Part shown: one piece after another, positions 35,001 to 45,168 of the stretch
How the letters are laid out: every line of letters begins with the position of its first letter
Numbering within the stretch: the first letter of the stretch is position 1
Source of the DNA: a virus
Virus record (IMG/VR): IMGVR_UViG_3300045988_067909
Length of the DNA stretch: 64,000 bases
Strand: one strand, 5' to 3'
Made by a program: the position numbers and the translations under genes
The notes under the pieces: generated by a model
Told to the model about the DNA's origin: nothing
Databases searched by the model: none
Seen by the model: only the letters and a program-made list of their open reading frames with translations

Positions 35001-37922
35001 TATGATTACATTACCCTTGAGATATCTATATCTAGGTCTGTATTCGTTACCATTACAGCCGGCTAAGAATACATTATCTGTAGATATACGTGTACGACTA
35101 TATTCACTAATAGTTGTATCAACTTCAAAAGCATCTATAGTTATATTAGGATCACTATGATATACTTTATAAGTTACAGGTAACTTACCATCAGTATTAC
35201 CAGTATTAGCTATAAACTCTTTAACGTTACTAGTCTTTAAATACTCTCTATTAGAGTTGACTACTGGTATAATTCTACCCTTGTATTTGATGGCAACAAT
35301 AGACATACCAATATTAGGTCTATTAGATAATATTTGGCTAGTAAAGTATAACTTATATTCACTATTAGCTTTTAATTCATCTATAGTACCACCGACTTTA
35401 GTAACGTCATACATATCAAATAGATTGGACTCGTTATTAAATGTAGTATTAAGACTGACTTTCATCTCATCGTTTTTAAGAACGTAGTCATAGAATATAC
35501 TTTGTGGCGTAATGCGTTCAAATGGTTTTGTCATAGGATATAACTCTGATTCCCATGTAGTATTACCACTATCAGTATTGATAGCTTCAGTTTCACCATT
35601 ATCGCCGACTATGATATTACCATGTACAGAATAGTTTCCTATCTCAAGAATAAGTTTAACTGTACTTAATGCTGGTACAGATATATTACCATCACCAGTA
35701 ATACTAATCTTAACTGGCTCATTAGATGCACCAGTTACCACAGATTCGCTTCTTACTAATAGATATGGTTTACTAAATTTCTTTAGTTCATCACCAGGTA
35801 CAAATATCTTCCATTCAGTGCCACCAGTACTTGCTACATTTACGTTAGTATTAATTACCACACCACTTTGTGGGATAATACGATACATAATTACACCATC
35901 AGGGGTAATTGTTTCATTATTTTTTGTAACCGTATATGTAGTATCTTTGACTTTGATTGTAGCATCAAAGGTATTATAATTATTAGCACTATTATTGAAA
36001 ACAGCAATTACAGTCTTACCAACTAAACCATTTAGTTTTGTAGAACTAGTAATTTCGGTCCAATCTTGTACATTATCAGCAATATCATTAGCTAAATAGT
36101 ATTTTACACCCTCTATAGTAGGGCCATTGAATCTTACTGTATATAATGTATCAGCATCTATAATTTTAGATTCTGGTAAGTCATATAAGAAATAATGATT
36201 AGGTCTAATATCTAAACAGTCTTGAACTAAACCAAAGTCATTTAGATTTTTGATATTAGGGAATAGAATGTCGCTAGTATTAGATCTAAGTCTATCCAAT
36301 ACTACAGAAGATTCATTAGCTATAGATGCTGGTAGATATTTGATTAATAGAGACTCTTCTTTGGTTATAGATTCTCTATTATAGATAACGTATTCATCAG
36401 CATCATCTAAAGCTGTTTTGATTGTCTCATATGGGACTTTATTATCATTAATAAGTCTAATGATAGAACGGTATTTGTATTTCTTTATATCAGTTGCTAG
36501 CTTATTAACTATAACAGCACACTCTTCAGGTGTTTTATTACGAGCCAATACATTGATAGTCTTATAATTAGAATAGTCTATCTCTTGTTGAGTTATATTC
36601 TTTCCGTTATAAGTCATTACTGGTTTAAACTTATATGGTGTACCATTTACAATATTATCCATAATCTTATAGATAGACATAAAGTGTGGTAATAACCATT
36701 CAGTGTATCTATTGGCTTTAGAGTTATTTGATTTTGTTTTACGTACATATGCTAAGTCTATATCGTCCATATGTGAACGGTATATTACCCCATATGGGAT
36801 ATCATTGATGTATTTTAATGGGTCTATAATAGACTCACTATTTACATTGATACTAGTAGTGAAATCATATAAGCTAGGCAGACAAGTTAAAGTCAAATCA
36901 CCAGATACAGTTCTAAATAAACCATCATTAGGTTTATTTGGTATGCATAGCTCAAAGTCCTTATTGGCATTTAGCTTATTGGTATCATCATTAAAGACCA
37001 ATAGCTTACTAATCTTACTATATGTAGAGTTCTTACTATCTGTCCAGTTCTTACCAAATTTATCAACAAATTTCAATTTACCATTAGCTAGATTGAAATT
37101 ACCATGCATATCTGGTGTATTAACATATGATGCTGGTATAGCATATAGTCTATTCTTAACAAATACAGATTTAGTTACATAGTATTTGTATTGGTCTTCT
37201 AAACCATTATCAAATGTCGGATAGTCTCTATATCTAGCATGAGATGTTGTACCAGATGGTACACTAATCTCAATACCATCAAGATATTTATTTCCACGGC
37301 TAAAGTAAACCTTGTATGTACCACTAATAGTAGCATAGTTTACATCATTGCCTGTAGTATTCTTATTGGATATTGCAAATAAAGTCTCTACTGTAATGTA
37401 GTTTTTATCTGTATCTAATAACGGAATGACTCTATCATTATACTTAACCATAGCAAAAGTATTTACGTTCAGTAAACGACCATCTATATCTGTTTTAGCT
37501 ATACGGAAAGTATACTGTGTATTATTAGCCAATGTATTAGCTTGTGTATTCTTTGTTAACCGTTGCTGTTTCTTTATCTCAAATTGAGTGAATAAACAAG
37601 GGTACCAGTTATTGGTACCCCGTTCAACTATGGTTAACGTTTTCTTTGTGGCATCTACAACGTCTTCTTTAACAAATTCACCAGCATAGATTTCTAATCC
37701 TTTAGAAGTCCATTCACCAACGTATTTGTTACCGACAGTAAACTGATTGTAGTCTACAGGTAATACAGCACCATTTCTAAACTTAGTTAGAAGCGGTACA
37801 GTCTTACCATTTATTCTAATAGTATCTCCACCATCAACCCCTTGTTTGAATATAAGATTGATATGGTCTCCAAGTTTAAACTTAGGGTACTTTTTCTTAA
37901 ATACTATTACAAATTTTCCCAT
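32088..37922 (-). CDS. giant virion structural protein (1944 aa), tail/baseplate/fibre class
   Basis: RBS AAAGGA upstream of the ATG on the minus strand. Size, composition and position in the structural block. Confidence 0.75.
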   Translation of the reverse strand: MGKFVIVFKKKYPKFKLGDHINLIFKQGVDGGDTIRINGKTVPLLTKFRNGAVLPVDYNQFTVGNKYVGEWTSKGLEIYAGEFVKEDVVDATKKTLTIVERGTNNWYPCLFTQFEIKKQQRLTKNTQANTLANNTQYTFRIAKTDIDGRLLNVNTFAMVKYNDRVIPLLDTDKNYITVETLFAISNKNTTGNDVNYATISGTYKVYFSRGNKYLDGIEISVPSGTTSHARYRDYPTFDNGLEDQYKYYVTKSVFVKNRLYAIPASYVNTPDMHGNFNLANGKLKFVDKFGKNWTDSKNSTYSKISKLLVFNDDTNKLNANKDFELCIPNKPNDGLFRTVSGDLTLTCLPSLYDFTTSINVNSESIIDPLKYINDIPYGVIYRSHMDDIDLAYVRKTKSNNSKANRYTEWLLPHFMSIYKIMDNIVNGTPYKFKPVMTYNGKNITQQEIDYSNYKTINVLARNKTPEECAVIVNKLATDIKKYKYRSIIRLINDNKVPYETIKTALDDADEYVIYNRESITKEESLLIKYLPASIANESSVVLDRLRSNTSDILFPNIKNLNDFGLVQDCLDIRPNHYFLYDLPESKIIDADTLYTVRFNGPTIEGVKYYLANDIADNVQDWTEITSSTKLNGLVGKTVIAVFNNSANNYNTFDATIKVKDTTYTVTKNNETITPDGVIMYRIIPQSGVVINTNVNVASTGGTEWKIFVPGDELKKFSKPYLLVRSESVVTGASNEPVKISITGDGNISVPALSTVKLILEIGNYSVHGNIIVGDNGETEAINTDSGNTTWESELYPMTKPFERITPQSIFYDYVLKNDEMKVSLNTTFNNESNLFDMYDVTKVGGTIDELKANSEYKLYFTSQILSNRPNIGMSIVAIKYKGRIIPVVNSNREYLKTSNVKEFIANTGNTDGKLPVTYKVYHSDPNITIDAFEVDTTISEYSRTRISTDNVFLAGCNGNEYRPRYRYLKGNVIIAGKRIPNANPTRDNNEFFYKANPINVTDIDTTNKIVNLKSRYFSDFTTPLLDASHCEMVVGKTEHNRVALNLFQDSPVIKCTVTESASNCNAVPYDLYGIGQYNLFNAINNTYGRIYMYRRQTLIDNMLWGYILLIDDYVNAVKYTNSVEPRPTNISSDVSVRFNAPAFKYILRRSDAPAGKSYMEHFKDTIAKLRDINIDNRSMAVYIVDSDYLRNVLNVSPQELANITKSVWANYMATGSKDVGLFLLDYTDLDDSGIAQTNSRDTVESIYRECLGVRTGINNGTYPQDIYFTEVAGGLALWTTAPAGTMNDLFRNEDNITFICGRELNAASAANIYNIPDSSINKTITDPITTDCIFKVTGNPVGFYKIPTTNNSRPGSDYRYRICYIEYTGANNEKFWIPLIDKTTYDYISGWLLSTMNYQTLYIEIRKFIPDDPAIRHPIYGALLINTITDIQRLNYNITFSSDGSYTKGFISPNNSTSINYIIGSNTVPGTNNNITSNAVLPDVLFKQSGDTDASYIAEPKNGPGKFMYHTGDYVYNANISNCLLAEESLALNSSSNYVALGNNANEYNRIRVARNYGVNQINTFEPVMDNLSMRYTDDKGYKNIQEIGVGTFLHTYFHYNNPLLFNGNGDECLSGIGRNTYVAVPEMFKPNLDYTNEPGSDDWKSKFSTKLYKKGVVYDFFMHSSDIMYARFYRDGIRNGLTKFLNPNDTAHSLREGQYTYPDCNQVTLIPHFKGILHFYNQFLDDSVTVPTSISIGQSPMNLFVNRKSDTNHKQYVIYLDNIDDLNNNVNYITSFITRYYSKLAENESVAFIVNNYAEANNDSRVQYNRNGTNVSIKRASLRPVNTYLARINKVLAQEFQKNPGYNLKIAVYFTNSRYQVMGPWSNEYLSSSANIVQAQNPTGIEVERVANIVKTATGNTSMRNIFKGFNVTLDFLRKAEFMQAKNPKAYVGFVDPVIFETV

Positions 37923-37934
37923 AGTTTATCCTTT

Positions 37935-40652
37935 CTAATTAACTGAGAATGTACCAGTTAATTTGGTATCATAAGATACACCTTGTTTTTTCTTAGTGTA
38001 ATAATTTATCAAGTTTCTAATAGCAGGGTATACGTTATATTCAAACGAGCTACCAGATAGAGCCAATATAGCATATTGCTCTACTGTATATTTAGCAAAG
38101 TCTGCATAATCTGATACATTACATAATCTGAATGAGATAGCATTACCAGCACCAGTATTATATAGCTTACCATTTCTTAGACAATGTAACGGATATCTAT
38201 TAGGTCCTTGAGGGAATGCTAATGTAGTATATAGATGCTTATCTCTATCCGTAGTAGGTAATAGCACTCTACATACGTTTTCTGGGATTATAGCATTTAT
38301 ATTAGCATAATCAATAACAGCAGTAGCCATTGCTGGCTCATCTATTGCTGGAGGTTTTAGCATATTAGGCCAAGTATCATTATAGTTATAATCATCTCTA
38401 TAGAACACTATCTCTCCAGATCTATTAGTTGTCATAGTGTAATTATCTGTATTGAAATAGTTGATTGTATCATATAGAGCAAATCCGCTTCTATGAGAGA
38501 ATACTGTAGACATATCATCTAGTATCATATAATAACCAAAATCAACTGTAGCAGTTTTCATAACCTGTCTAAATCTTAGTTTAAGAGTTTTACCAACTAA
38601 TGATCTATATGATACATAGCTAAAGTTAGAATCAACTATAGGATGTGTCCATGTATTATTTACATTAGCAGTAGACGGTACAAACATCGCAGGACGTTCA
38701 CTATCTCTAGATATATTTGCTACATTATCTCTATCTAAGAATGTAACTGTGACTATATCATCATCGTTTACATTACTTAGTTTACGTAAACATTGGAACC
38801 CATTAACAAATGTATTGACATTCCAAACAGTGGTATATGTATGATCATCTGTTGGTGTAGTGTCTTCTAAGGTTTTTGAGCTTGGTGTAATATCATCGTT
38901 AAGAATATTATAACGACTATCAAAGAACTCTAGTTTATGAGTAGCATTTACAGTATACACTTTCTTAAGTTCTTTATACTTGGCTTCAAAGTTACTAAAA
39001 TCATCTAACCCAATTAATACAGTTTCCACTGTAGTGGTATTAGATTCATTTAAGACTTTATCATAGTTAACTTGACCAGATAGTTTAGTACGTAATACAT
39101 CTAGGGTATTACCCTTGACTAATAATTTCTTTTCAAGCATATGATCTGTCCAAGTATTATCCCAAGGGAATACTGTAATCTTATCTGTATTTGAATTAGA
39201 TTTGAATACAGATATTTGATTGAATAGTTCAGTAGCATATCTAGACTTAGTTAGACTACGTCCACCATCAATAAGATTAATCTTAAGATGCCCAGTTGTA
39301 CTATTATTGATATCTCGAATGATATTGATTACAGAGTCATCTGGTGTATTAGCACAATAGATAGTGATACCATCTAAAGTATTAATATCTACATCATTAG
39401 AAGACTTATACTTATAATTAGACGTGCTATGTAATTCTGATTCAGTTGGTTCAATAAGCTCAGTATTATTGACTAAGTGGTTATAGATATTAATAAGAGA
39501 ATCTAAGTCTGGTAATAGCCAATAGTTCTCATTTATACCAATAGCAGAGTCTTCATCACTAGCTAGATTGATATCATCAAACTTAGCAATCTTATAAGAC
39601 TTGGCTACACGAGCTATATTGATATCAGTCTTTGTATTATTCTTAGGGTTAATGATTTCACCATTAGTAGATTTATATAAGCCTAGCACATGAATCTTAG
39701 ATCCATTACTATGAGCCATATCATTATACCCATTATCTTTATCTACAGAAGATGCTTTGACTATATGAATACTAGTTGGCATCTTACGATCACAGAATCC
39801 AGATAATGTATAGATAGTATCATCACTATCAGCATTAGCTGTACCATGACCCATATAGTCATGAGTAACTACTGTAGTAATATCTTGTGTTACGGCACTA
39901 CCATAAGTCATGCTTTCTGTACCAGCTAAGTTCTTAGCATAGTTAAATACTAGCTTAGTATTAGCAGTTGGTTCTTTAGCATGAGCATTACTAGCTACAA
40001 ATGCTGCTACCATGAAATTATCATGTTTAACGTATTCGGTGTACTCTACGGATATATTATTAGTATCATTAGCATAAGTCATTGCTTCAATAACGTCATT
40101 AATAGTTAAATACTTACGATCAGTATCTACTAATGGAACTATACGTCTAATATCATTATTACGTACATCATCAAATACAATAGCAGCTATCTTCTTTCTA
40201 GCACTTTCATCAATATTATTTAAAGAATCATTACTGAAAGAGATTGTATATGTACTATTAGGGTTAACTATATTATCGTCTTGTGACATATATGGTTTAA
40301 GATATATATACTGATAGATAGATGGATAGTCTATCATAGTATTTCTATATAACCACATACTTCGTTTTACTGATGGATCCACAGGACCATCACCTGATGA
40401 CGGAAAGTCAGATGCGTATAATATGATTTTATTACCTTTAAACTGTCCTACAACAGTTTGGCCAGCCACAATTTCCCCAGCATCTAAGTATCTTAATACA
40501 GAATCCTTATATGCTACATACATAGGATAATCATGATTATTGATAGCAGCAGTATCACCACCGCTGCTATCAGTATTAAAAGTAATTTTAATATAATCAT
40601 CAAAACGCAACTTACAATTCCCTTCTTTGAAAGTTATTGTATGTCTTGCCAT
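37935..40652 (-). CDS. large structural protein (905 aa)
   Basis: Contiguous with its neighbours on the minus strand. No enzymatic motif. Confidence 0.75.
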   Translation of the reverse strand: MARHTITFKEGNCKLRFDDYIKITFNTDSSGGDTAAINNHDYPMYVAYKDSVLRYLDAGEIVAGQTVVGQFKGNKIILYASDFPSSGDGPVDPSVKRSMWLYRNTMIDYPSIYQYIYLKPYMSQDDNIVNPNSTYTISFSNDSLNNIDESARKKIAAIVFDDVRNNDIRRIVPLVDTDRKYLTINDVIEAMTYANDTNNISVEYTEYVKHDNFMVAAFVASNAHAKEPTANTKLVFNYAKNLAGTESMTYGSAVTQDITTVVTHDYMGHGTANADSDDTIYTLSGFCDRKMPTSIHIVKASSVDKDNGYNDMAHSNGSKIHVLGLYKSTNGEIINPKNNTKTDINIARVAKSYKIAKFDDINLASDEDSAIGINENYWLLPDLDSLINIYNHLVNNTELIEPTESELHSTSNYKYKSSNDVDINTLDGITIYCANTPDDSVINIIRDINNSTTGHLKINLIDGGRSLTKSRYATELFNQISVFKSNSNTDKITVFPWDNTWTDHMLEKKLLVKGNTLDVLRTKLSGQVNYDKVLNESNTTTVETVLIGLDDFSNFEAKYKELKKVYTVNATHKLEFFDSRYNILNDDITPSSKTLEDTTPTDDHTYTTVWNVNTFVNGFQCLRKLSNVNDDDIVTVTFLDRDNVANISRDSERPAMFVPSTANVNNTWTHPIVDSNFSYVSYRSLVGKTLKLRFRQVMKTATVDFGYYMILDDMSTVFSHRSGFALYDTINYFNTDNYTMTTNRSGEIVFYRDDYNYNDTWPNMLKPPAIDEPAMATAVIDYANINAIIPENVCRVLLPTTDRDKHLYTTLAFPQGPNRYPLHCLRNGKLYNTGAGNAISFRLCNVSDYADFAKYTVEQYAILALSGSSFEYNVYPAIRNLINYYTKKKQGVSYDTKLTGTFSVN

Positions 40653-40663
40653 ATTAGTCCACC

Positions 40664-43444
40664 TTATTGTATTGTAGTAGCTATTGATATAGCTTTTTCT
40701 TGCATTAAATATCTTAAATATTCACCATATGTTTCAACGTTGGCAAAATCAATAGTATACCTATCGATATCTTGTGAATACATAACAATGAATCCTGTAA
40801 CGTTTCTTAAGAATTTACCAACAACATTATCCGAATTGAATAAATCAATTAACTTAACGTAAGTTAATTGCTTATTTGATGTATCGTTAATAAGCCTTAA
40901 GAAGTCTGATGTATTAGTATTATTGCTAATAGAATTGATAATATAAGGCAAATTATATTTTTTACTATTTATTGTTACCCCAATACCACCAAACAGTAAT
41001 ATTACATTTTCTTTATTTAAGATATTAGTAGGTAATTTATCATAATAAGTACAAGTTGCACCATTACCGACATCCAAATTATTATTAATATATACACTAG
41101 GAATATAACCATTTAGTCTGTTAAACAATATATCACCATCTGTATATATTTTTTTATTTTTATGCATAACATCTTCGGCTATATATAGGAATAAATAATA
41201 ACTGCCAGCTGATATATTGATTGGTTTCAATGTGATATATTCTTTATTATTGAATCCATCATAAATATCTTTTAGCGTCAAAGGGGTAAGATTTTTATCC
41301 ACAAGAATTCTATCTTTAATATTGAGTGACTCTCTAATAATATCTTGAAATGTTGGGTCATTAATATTACCTGAAATTAATTTTGTGAACTTATTACCGC
41401 CATCGGCATTATTAAATAATTTCATATTCTTTGTGAAATCATTTCTAATAAAAATACCATTACGGGTTATATTATAAATAAGATCATATTTCTTATACAC
41501 ATATTTTGTAGAATTTTCATTTGGTTTATATGCATATATAGACGATGTGGTAGACAATAATTTAGAATATAAACTATTTTCATATGTGATATTCTCTTCA
41601 CCAGTGTATTCAATAAATGGACTATCTGGGATATCAATATAGTTACCATCATGAATAGTTTCATCACCAGGATTTACTGTAGCATTACCATCATGGATAC
41701 GTGGATGACTATTAACAGTAAACCGTAGCTTAAACTGTTTATTATTCTTATCGAAGATGAATGGCATGATATCACCAGCAGCAATAGCATCTACGATTTG
41801 TTCACCATTCTTATCACAGATATTGTATACAGTTTGGCCGAACTCAGTATAAGAATCACCAATAGCACCATCAATGAATCTAATATTTAAAGATTCACCA
41901 TGTTTAAGATCATTAAGAGAATCCATATCCCCAGGTGGGATTAAACGTAATTTCTTAAGATCTGTAGTACTATCATGAACAGCACTGAAGATTCTGCTAG
42001 AGAATTCAGGGTTTACATCTGGAGCATCTGGTGCGGTATCATTAGCATTTAAGTTATAAGAGTTAGCACCACGAGTACGTACAATACGTCTAGATACTAA
42101 TTCTAATACTTGACCAGTTTCCATAGTAAAATCAATAAGATGAATAGCTTTAGCATTTTCATCAATACGATAGTTTACATCTTTAACTAGTTTAAGCCCT
42201 TCGAGATATACTTCCATATAATCTACACCAGGGAGATAAGATGCATCACTAAAAGAGATTGTACTAATATTATCAGTTGGTGCAGTATAGACTTTATTGT
42301 AAGTATCCATACGGTAAGGCATACCATTAGTGATATAGAAACGATTATGAACCGCATCATATTGTAAGAACAATTCATCGTTTTGAGTAATGTCACCAGC
42401 TTCAAGCTTACTTGCTACAGATTTATATACTGGGATAGTACGATCATTGACTACGAGATCACCATTAGCTGGCATATTAGCACGGAAACGTACAGCAATA
42501 ATATTACCATCAGCTAAAGTATAACCCTCAGGAACTTCGAGAGATAATGCCGAAGTAGTTGTAGCAATAGGCTTAGCAATAGCACGAGAGATGATATTCT
42601 TTTCATCACATAATGCAACTAGTAAATCAAATAATGTTTTAACTGATGCACTTGTTGCTACAGAGCTAGAGCTATTTAAGAATGGGGAATCACTTACATT
42701 AGCCATTCTATCAGTTGGAATAGAACCACGGTTAATAAGAGACCCATCAATATTATTAATCATACCAGCTACAGCAGGTGCTTTAGTATTGTAAATGAAT
42801 GTATAGTTGATAGAACGATTCATTTCAACTGGTTCATTAAATACAATATCATTACCATCAATACTATAACGGTTAGGGTAAATATAGTTAGTACCAATAT
42901 GAACTAAGAATGCATTAGGCATATCAAAGTAGTTATCAAATGGTACTGGAATAGGGAAACGTTTCTTAGTTTCAGTAACTAAGTGTGTACGGAAAGATGT
43001 AGCAATTACACCCATTTGTTTTAACTTAGCTTCAACAGTCTCACCAGATTCTAGGTAAGTATTATTAGCCGTAGTCAATGGTGCAATACGTTTACCATCT
43101 TTCATGATAGTTGCTTTAGTAATATCTGTAATAGGACCTACATATTTACTAGCTTCTTTTACAGATAAGAGCTGTTGCCAACCATCATTTGCATCATACG
43201 CATAGAAAGTACGAGCATCACGTACACAATAGATACGTGCTTCAAGAACTGTATTATTGTTTACAATCTGAGTACGTTCATTATCATTATTAAGCATAAG
43301 AATGAAGTCTGTCAATAGACGCATATCATCAGAAGCATCATAGAAGACTTCTCTAGTATCAGTACAGTAAATAACTGTACCAGCAGAACGGGTAACCTCA
43401 TGGAGGTTATTCCGTAGGCTTTCTGTATATTTTAAAGCTCCCAT
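40664..43444 (-). CDS. large structural protein (926 aa) containing a copy of the ~85-aa 'PxP...YF...N.FFV..G...D..RY.ID' repeat (aa ~160-220)
   Basis: RBS AGGAGGTATATAA. Repeat FPIPVPFDNYFDMPNAFLVHIGTNYIYPNRYSIDGNDIVF at nt ~42785-42967. Confidence 0.75.
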   Translation of the reverse strand: MGALKYTESLRNNLHEVTRSAGTVIYCTDTREVFYDASDDMRLLTDFILMLNNDNERTQIVNNNTVLEARIYCVRDARTFYAYDANDGWQQLLSVKEASKYVGPITDITKATIMKDGKRIAPLTTANNTYLESGETVEAKLKQMGVIATSFRTHLVTETKKRFPIPVPFDNYFDMPNAFLVHIGTNYIYPNRYSIDGNDIVFNEPVEMNRSINYTFIYNTKAPAVAGMINNIDGSLINRGSIPTDRMANVSDSPFLNSSSSVATSASVKTLFDLLVALCDEKNIISRAIAKPIATTTSALSLEVPEGYTLADGNIIAVRFRANMPANGDLVVNDRTIPVYKSVASKLEAGDITQNDELFLQYDAVHNRFYITNGMPYRMDTYNKVYTAPTDNISTISFSDASYLPGVDYMEVYLEGLKLVKDVNYRIDENAKAIHLIDFTMETGQVLELVSRRIVRTRGANSYNLNANDTAPDAPDVNPEFSSRIFSAVHDSTTDLKKLRLIPPGDMDSLNDLKHGESLNIRFIDGAIGDSYTEFGQTVYNICDKNGEQIVDAIAAGDIMPFIFDKNNKQFKLRFTVNSHPRIHDGNATVNPGDETIHDGNYIDIPDSPFIEYTGEENITYENSLYSKLLSTTSSIYAYKPNENSTKYVYKKYDLIYNITRNGIFIRNDFTKNMKLFNNADGGNKFTKLISGNINDPTFQDIIRESLNIKDRILVDKNLTPLTLKDIYDGFNNKEYITLKPINISAGSYYLFLYIAEDVMHKNKKIYTDGDILFNRLNGYIPSVYINNNLDVGNGATCTYYDKLPTNILNKENVILLFGGIGVTINSKKYNLPYIINSISNNTNTSDFLRLINDTSNKQLTYVKLIDLFNSDNVVGKFLRNVTGFIVMYSQDIDRYTIDFANVETYGEYLRYLMQEKAISIATTIQ

Positions 43445-43462
43445 TTATATACCTCCTGGAAG

Positions 43463-45073
43463 TTAAACTGTGCCTTGATCAGCAATACCCATTTCATATT
43501 CATAGTTATAGAACCAGCTAATACCAGAATCATAAGACATCATCTTTAGATGAATCTTCTTATTAGTTGGTGGGATATATACATATAGATTATTATTATC
43601 TGGCTTAGTAAACTTAAGAATCTTTCTTGTAGTATTACTAGAGTTTGTAAAGTCAATAAATAAGTCAATCCATAATGTAGTATCACGAGTACCACTACGT
43701 TGAATCTTGAACTCTACATTAGAGTCTTGGCTATCAAAGCTATGAATAGTATAAGGATAAATCTTATTAGCTTCAGGGTCGCCAGATGGTAAATGTACCT
43801 TTTCTGCAGGCATAGTTACGTTCTTAGCAGTAACTTTTTCACGTTCCAATGCAGATACACGTGGAGTTAAGTCTTCTGCTAACATTAAACCACTGACTTG
43901 TGTTTTAAGTATATTAACTGAGTTAGTTAATACAGAGTTTTGAGACTCTAAGTTAGTGATATTAGAAGTAAAGTTAGGTACAGCTTCTAGTGTAGCAATA
44001 CGTGTATCATAATCAGCTTTAAACTTAGCAATGTTTAAGCCTTCTAATGTATTCAATCTACCAGAGATAGCAGATACTTCAGATGTAGTACGGTTAGTAT
44101 TACCTTCGATAGCTGATAGTTTAGATTCTGTATTACTTTTTAAAGTTTCAAAAGATGAACTAATAGTATTGACTTTGTTAGTCAACTCAGTAACTTTAGG
44201 TTCTAAATCAGGCTTAGCTAATAAAGTTTGTACTTTAACTTGAAGATCAGTAATCTTAGTGAAAGCAGCAGACTGTGCTTCAATAGCAGTAATACGTCTA
44301 TCTAAAGCAGTAAACTTAGGTTCAGTATCTTCTTTAGACTCTAATGTAGTCAATCTATTATTCATAGCTTGTGTATCAGATTTAAGTCCAGAGATATCTG
44401 TTTTAATAGGATCAATCTCTGCTGTTTTAAGAATCTTAGTATCTAATACATCTAAACGGTTACGGTTAGAATCAGATAAAGTTTTGATTGCTGGTAAGTC
44501 TGCATATAAATCAGCAGTAACTTGGATATCAGCAATTTGTTTACGAAGACGTTTAAACTCTTCAGCATCAGGTGGAGCTAATGTTTCCAATCTAGTAACA
44601 CGTCTAACTACATCTTCATCAATACGTGGTACCCATTTGATTACGTTATTATCTTTAACTGGGTAAGTATTATTACCAGCAACCTTAAAGTTAGAGATAC
44701 CTACTTCAGTATCTTGTACTGTAATAGAACGGTTATCAAATCTTAATGTCGGAGAAAGATAATGTGCTTCATCATTCTCTTTTAGTGTAATATTATTCTT
44801 ATAGATTCTATTGATAGCCTTAGTAAGATTAATCTCACCAACACCCTCAATATTAACGATGAAGTTATCAGCAATAGAACCAGAGTTTGTAAACTCGTTA
44901 ATGATATTAGCGGTAATATCTATAATAACTGATTTGTCATCTGCAGATACTACATAAAGCTTACCTTTTTTATAGTCAACCAAAAGCTCTTTCTTCTGAG
45001 CTATAAACCTGGAGTCATAATCTAAGGCTATAACCGGAGCTCTACCACTGTTGTATCTAGTAGTATTAGGCAT
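43463..45073 (-). CDS. coiled-coil-rich fibre-like protein (536 aa)
   Basis: RBS AAAGGAGGT. Long heptad-like central region (LETLAPP...TLESKED...TLKSNTESKLSAIEG...). Confidence 0.75.
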   Translation of the reverse strand: MPNTTRYNSGRAPVIALDYDSRFIAQKKELLVDYKKGKLYVVSADDKSVIIDITANIINEFTNSGSIADNFIVNIEGVGEINLTKAINRIYKNNITLKENDEAHYLSPTLRFDNRSITVQDTEVGISNFKVAGNNTYPVKDNNVIKWVPRIDEDVVRRVTRLETLAPPDAEEFKRLRKQIADIQVTADLYADLPAIKTLSDSNRNRLDVLDTKILKTAEIDPIKTDISGLKSDTQAMNNRLTTLESKEDTEPKFTALDRRITAIEAQSAAFTKITDLQVKVQTLLAKPDLEPKVTELTNKVNTISSSFETLKSNTESKLSAIEGNTNRTTSEVSAISGRLNTLEGLNIAKFKADYDTRIATLEAVPNFTSNITNLESQNSVLTNSVNILKTQVSGLMLAEDLTPRVSALEREKVTAKNVTMPAEKVHLPSGDPEANKIYPYTIHSFDSQDSNVEFKIQRSGTRDTTLWIDLFIDFTNSSNTTRKILKFTKPDNNNLYVYIPPTNKKIHLKMMSYDSGISWFYNYEYEMGIADQGTV

Positions 45074-45125
45074 ATAGTAACCTCCTTTTAAAAGTCGTCA
45101 AATTATATAAATGTTAAAGTACACC

Positions 45126-45168
45126 AAAAATTGAGGTAGGAGCTTAAAGGCCCCTACCTCGGTATTTT
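45126..45168 (-). terminator. terminator after the 1766-aa gene (gaggtaggagcttaaaggcccctacctc hairpin; U-run on the minus strand, and also T-rich on the plus strand)
   Basis: 9 of 10 bp stem. A/T runs on both flanks. Confidence 0.5.

Noticed and set aside
35257-37182. Plus-strand ORFs 35257-35487 and 36703-37182 inside the 1944-aa minus-strand gene; likewise 41467-41667, 42223-42405, 42591-42794, 44031-44666, 48929-49123 inside other structural genes
   Set aside because: Embedded antisense or off-frame ORFs without an RBS. The giant genes are continuous and well supported.
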